From contig JAYWGM010000080.1 in the NCBI GenBank assembly GCA_043778225.1, forward strand, positions 13,910 to 77,909: 64,000 nt of DNA, written 5' to 3'. The notes below the pieces were generated by a model that made no database searches, was not told where the DNA came from, and was given only the letters and a program-made list of their open reading frames with translations. Source of the stretch: Deinococcales bacterium. Lineage in GTDB: Bacteria; Deinococcota; Deinococci; Deinococcales; JAAFIG01. How positions within the stretch are numbered: the first letter of the stretch is position 1; each line of letters opens with the position of its first letter. The position numbers and the translations under genes are program-made. Below are positions 60,639 to 64,000 of the stretch, one piece after another.

Positions 60639-61549
60639 TTTTGCAATACCCAATTTGAAAGTCCAAAAATCGATTGTTCACCAAGTTGAATTTCAACTTT
60701 GAAAGGATTTTTTGAATTTGATTTGGTTTTCATCACAATGACCCATTCGTTTTTTCCCTCCATAGTACGCTGCACAAAACGAGGTTCTTGAATTTCCAGT
60801 TCTTCACCAAAACTATGGCTAACACGTTTTTTTAGTCCATCACCAGATTTATCATACCCAGTCACAATAATCTCGAGAGCTTTTTGTGGGTCTGTACCAA
60901 TACTGATGATACCTGCTTTTAGATACGCTGGAATCCACAAATAACCTTGCGTATTCTTGTCAATTTCAACTTGAATTGTATCCCGTCCCATAGCAAGAAA
61001 AAATTCCGTATCTGGCTCACTATTTGGTAAGCGAAGTCGTATTTGCCGTGGACTGTCACTGAAACTATGAACAAGGTCAAATCGCTTTATGTTTAAATTA
61101 CGCAAATCAATCTGACTATTGTGTGTTCCAAAATTATTTTCTACCGAAACCTCGAGCAGCAAAGGAATACCAAGTGGCAACCGTACTTCAGCATCTTTAC
61201 GAAGCCTAGGTCTTGACCATAAGAAATTTTGATAGGTTCTCTTACCAATGTTGTATGTATATTCTACTGAACCCTTATCCGCGTATTGATTGAGGTAAAG
61301 TTGATCATCTGCCGCACCCTGCACTGACCCTGCAATTCGACCTGCCTGACCTGCTTGTATGATAAATCCATTCACATCTCCAGCTTCGATATGAAGTTTA
61401 ATCTCTTTAGCTTTTTGAATAGCAAGCCTAGCATTATGAAGTTGTCGCTTACTTGCTGGAACATCTACTGTAGCCATCGTAAACCGCATTGCCACGGCAC
61501 ACGCTCCTAGCAAAAACAGACTGATTAAAACTCGAGTAATCCCATTCAT
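60635..61549 (-). CDS. Membrane-anchored hypothetical protein (toast-rack/LiaG-like beta domain possible)
   Basis: N-terminal TM; PLGIPLLLEV...IDLRNLNI; AT-rich; ATGA-coupled on both sides. Confidence 0.65.
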   Translation of the reverse strand: MNGITRVLISLFLLGACAVAMRFTMATVDVPASKRQLHNARLAIQKAKEIKLHIEAGDVNGFIIQAGQAGRIAGSVQGAADDQLYLNQYADKGSVEYTYNIGKRTYQNFLWSRPRLRKDAEVRLPLGIPLLLEVSVENNFGTHNSQIDLRNLNIKRFDLVHSFSDSPRQIRLRLPNSEPDTEFFLAMGRDTIQVEIDKNTQGYLWIPAYLKAGIISIGTDPQKALEIIVTGYDKSGDGLKKRVSHSFGEELEIQEPRFVQRTMEGKNEWVIVMKTKSNSKNPFKVEIQLGEQSIFGLSNWVLQK

Positions 61550-63204
61550 TTTGCACCTCCAAAATTGACTGTAATTCGTGTCCCAGCACTGCCCGATACA
61601 ATCTCGAGAACCGCACCTATTCCCTCGGCACGTTCGCGCATACTTTTAATGCCTAGCGCTCCTGCTCGAGCCTCTGCCATATCAAAACCCTTTCCGTTAT
61701 CGGTTATCTCGAGAGTACCAGCCTCGAGGCGAATTTGTACTTCTTTGGCTTTGGCGTGCTTGACTGTGTTATGCACGGCTTCTTGGGCAATTCTATAAAG
61801 TGTGCCTTTGACCTCGAGACTGATTTCTGGCTCGAGTGGTGCGGTCACAATTGCCGTTAGTTTGTATCGTGCCAATAGCATTTCCCCTAGTTTTTGCAGT
61901 GCTGCCGCCAATCCGCCTTCCTCGAGTGCATCTGGGCGAAGCGCAAACAACAAAGTTTTCATTTCGCTTGTACCACCATCGGCTAAGTCAATTGCATACT
62001 CGAGGGATTTCCTAGCATTTTCTGGGTTGGTCTCGAGTTGCTCTAAGGCGCTGCGTGTGCCGAGGGCAATGCCGTACAGGGCTTGCGCCACACTGTCGTG
62101 CAGTTCTCGAGCGATTCGGGCGCGTTCTTGTTCACTGGCATTGGCGCGTTCTCGAGTCAGCAGATTTTGTAGTCGTAACGCGGTGCTGGCGTGTATCCCA
62201 AGGGCATTCCAAAGGCTTGTATCTCGAGTATTCGGCGGGGCATTTTTGTAAAGTGCTAATAATTCTGTGTTTTGCTCGAGTGGGACCCGTAACAGATGAT
62301 TCTTGGGATTCTCAAGGTCAGTGTTTCCTAAGTTGATTCGAGTCTCGAGAATTCCTGCTCCTGTGGCACTGGAAGCGCTCAGACCCTGCTCGAGAATCGT
62401 TTGAATGGCATTTTGGGTGCTTTGCTCGAGAACACTTTTACTGGCGGTTTCTAAGGCTTGTACAATCCGTTGCGAACCTGTGTCGCTCGAGAGTGCATTT
62501 TCAGCACCAATTCGCCAGACTCGAGCCAAGAAATTACTGAACTGCAAAGTTAGGTTCAGCATTGGAATACCCGCCAAGAATGCGACAACACTGCTGAACG
62601 CCGAAAATTTTAAGCCTTCCGAGCCAGTCCAAAGCACACTATCGCGCCAGTACGAAAAGGCATTTGCTGCGGGTTGCCACGTGGCAATAATCGGCGCAGC
62701 AAGCAGTAGCCCAGTCAGGTAAAGCATTGCGCCCAGTAGAATCAGTGTGCCGACTGCAAAAATAGACTGTAAAAATAAGTAGGTAAAACCCTGAAAAGTT
62801 CTTAGGTTCAGCACTTCTTGAGTCCACCATGATACAAACTTGGTATGCCGAACTCGGGTAGGGGCTTGTATGCTTGCTTCGAGCAGTAAAGTCACTCGCC
62901 AGCGTTCTAAATCCAATAAGCGCAATCCGAGCCACACATAGAGTGGAATAGCCATAAAAAACCCAATAATCCCCAGAAAACTCAGCCAGAACGCCTCTCG
63001 AGCCGAAGATTTGAGAATGTTTTGAACCCACGTAAATACACCAATGGCAGAACTACTTTGTCCGCCAACAAAATTTTCGGGAAATGGAGACAAGCCAAAA
63101 ATGCCAAACCAAATAATTGCCAAGACCAACCAACTCGAGACAAAATACAACAAGTGCTTGTAACTCGAGAGGCTAAGGATTGGTGCGAAGTAACCTCGAT
63201 TCAT
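61546..63204 (-). CDS. HisKA_3 sensor histidine kinase (LiaS/NarX-like)
   Basis: ERARIARELHDSVAQ, QEAVHNTVKHA, DNGKGF, GIKSMRERA; several TMs. Confidence 0.94.
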   Translation of the reverse strand: MNRGYFAPILSLSSYKHLLYFVSSWLVLAIIWFGIFGLSPFPENFVGGQSSSAIGVFTWVQNILKSSAREAFWLSFLGIIGFFMAIPLYVWLGLRLLDLERWRVTLLLEASIQAPTRVRHTKFVSWWTQEVLNLRTFQGFTYLFLQSIFAVGTLILLGAMLYLTGLLLAAPIIATWQPAANAFSYWRDSVLWTGSEGLKFSAFSSVVAFLAGIPMLNLTLQFSNFLARVWRIGAENALSSDTGSQRIVQALETASKSVLEQSTQNAIQTILEQGLSASSATGAGILETRINLGNTDLENPKNHLLRVPLEQNTELLALYKNAPPNTRDTSLWNALGIHASTALRLQNLLTRERANASEQERARIARELHDSVAQALYGIALGTRSALEQLETNPENARKSLEYAIDLADGGTSEMKTLLFALRPDALEEGGLAAALQKLGEMLLARYKLTAIVTAPLEPEISLEVKGTLYRIAQEAVHNTVKHAKAKEVQIRLEAGTLEITDNGKGFDMAEARAGALGIKSMRERAEGIGAVLEIVSGSAGTRITVNFGGAK

Positions 63205-63278
63205 GGTCTTTATCATGCCGTATATTCAAGCAGTTTGCTGATTGTGGCGCATCCATCAAAAGTGACATAGACTTGGCT

Positions 63279-63452
63279 ATGCAGTCCGATTTTCTCAAAA
63301 AACGCAACGCGCTCTGGGCTGCCCTGCGCTTGCTCGAGCCATCCGACCCCCAAGCTGAGGTTCTAATCCAAGAACTGATGACCCTGATTGGCTGGTCTCG
63401 AGAAAAAGTTCTGGCGGGCTTGGGTTGGTTCTCGAGCCATGATACCTTGTGA
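63279..63452 (+). CDS. Small hypothetical protein
   Basis: TAGACT 5 nt before ATG; helical 57-aa ORF. Confidence 0.6.
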   Translation: MQSDFLKKRNALWAALRLLEPSDPQAEVLIQELMTLIGWSREKVLAGLGWFSSHDTL

Positions 63453-63458
63453 GCATGG

Positions 63459-63914
63459 ATGTTTATGCGGAATCAGAAGCCTACTTTCAAAGATAACCAC
63501 ACTTGGAAAATTGCCTATTGCGAACGTGGCTTGGAACAAGAATTGCTTTTTGAATCTGAATCCGAATCGGCTGCTTGCGAGTTCTACTTGCAATTTATCT
63601 CGAGTAAAATTCGTCATGACCATCTGGTTACTCAGTTCAGAGAAGAACGCAAAGCCATCATTCTCAAGAATTGGCTGACAGCTCTGGGCTTAAAAAATTA
63701 CATCAGCACCGAAAACTTTGCGGCTGCCCCACTGTATAAAGTCTGGGTCTATGACCACAACATCTTTATTGTGCGCCATTACTTCTCAGTTGTGCCACTC
63801 GAGCAATTGCCAGAAACCATTGATTTGCTGCGTTTAGCACTGGCTCGAGCCCAAGATTTTGATTGCACTGCCTTTGGGCTGCGTTCACCAGTCAGCGATA
63901 TTATACCGAATTAA
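63459..63914 (+). CDS. Hypothetical protein
   Basis: 151-aa ORF; start uncertain. Confidence 0.55.
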   Translation: MFMRNQKPTFKDNHTWKIAYCERGLEQELLFESESESAACEFYLQFISSKIRHDHLVTQFREERKAIILKNWLTALGLKNYISTENFAAAPLYKVWVYDHNIFIVRHYFSVVPLEQLPETIDLLRLALARAQDFDCTAFGLRSPVSDIIPN

Positions 63915-64000
63915 CTTAATCACTCTCGTTTGCCTGAAGAACGGCAAACTGTCGTTCTCGCGTTAAATTCGGTATCGTTAATACTCCCGTTGGTCGGGTA

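Noticed and set aside
63915..64000. 3' end of a minus-strand gene at the window edge
   Set aside because: Too short to assign a frame or function

Overview
A chromosomal window of roughly 48-50% GC (by eye) from a bacterium that looks like Deinococcota. This is inferred from mqnA, deoB, DUF4388 proteins, TPR/BTAD regulators and many apparently leaderless genes. Housekeeping genes (ilvC, tsaC/sua5, rpmF, ruvB, rtcB, argJ, pheA, mqnA, deoB, thrB, nrnA, tRNA-Pro(GGG)) alternate with small accessory patches: TA modules, a type II-like R-M locus, an AAA_21 ATPase pair and pseudogenes. Main highlights: (1) two unannotated, strongly RBS-backed 34-44 aa signal-peptide ORFs with Gly-rich tails, each next to a (probable) TPR-type regulator, a candidate peptide-signalling system; (2) an array of AT-rich gene cassettes upstream of deoB, separated by progressively decayed copies of the deoB -10 box and start, with no integrase in view; (3) extreme over-representation of the palindrome CTCGAG, HIP1-like; (4) an MJ1316-RtcB fusion carrying a LAGLIDADG intein; (5) an R-M locus with a palindromic operator and a divergent HTH gene; (6) a possible micro-ORF attenuator before a DUF4258 gene. 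Family assignments come from recognising motifs by eye; no database searches were run.
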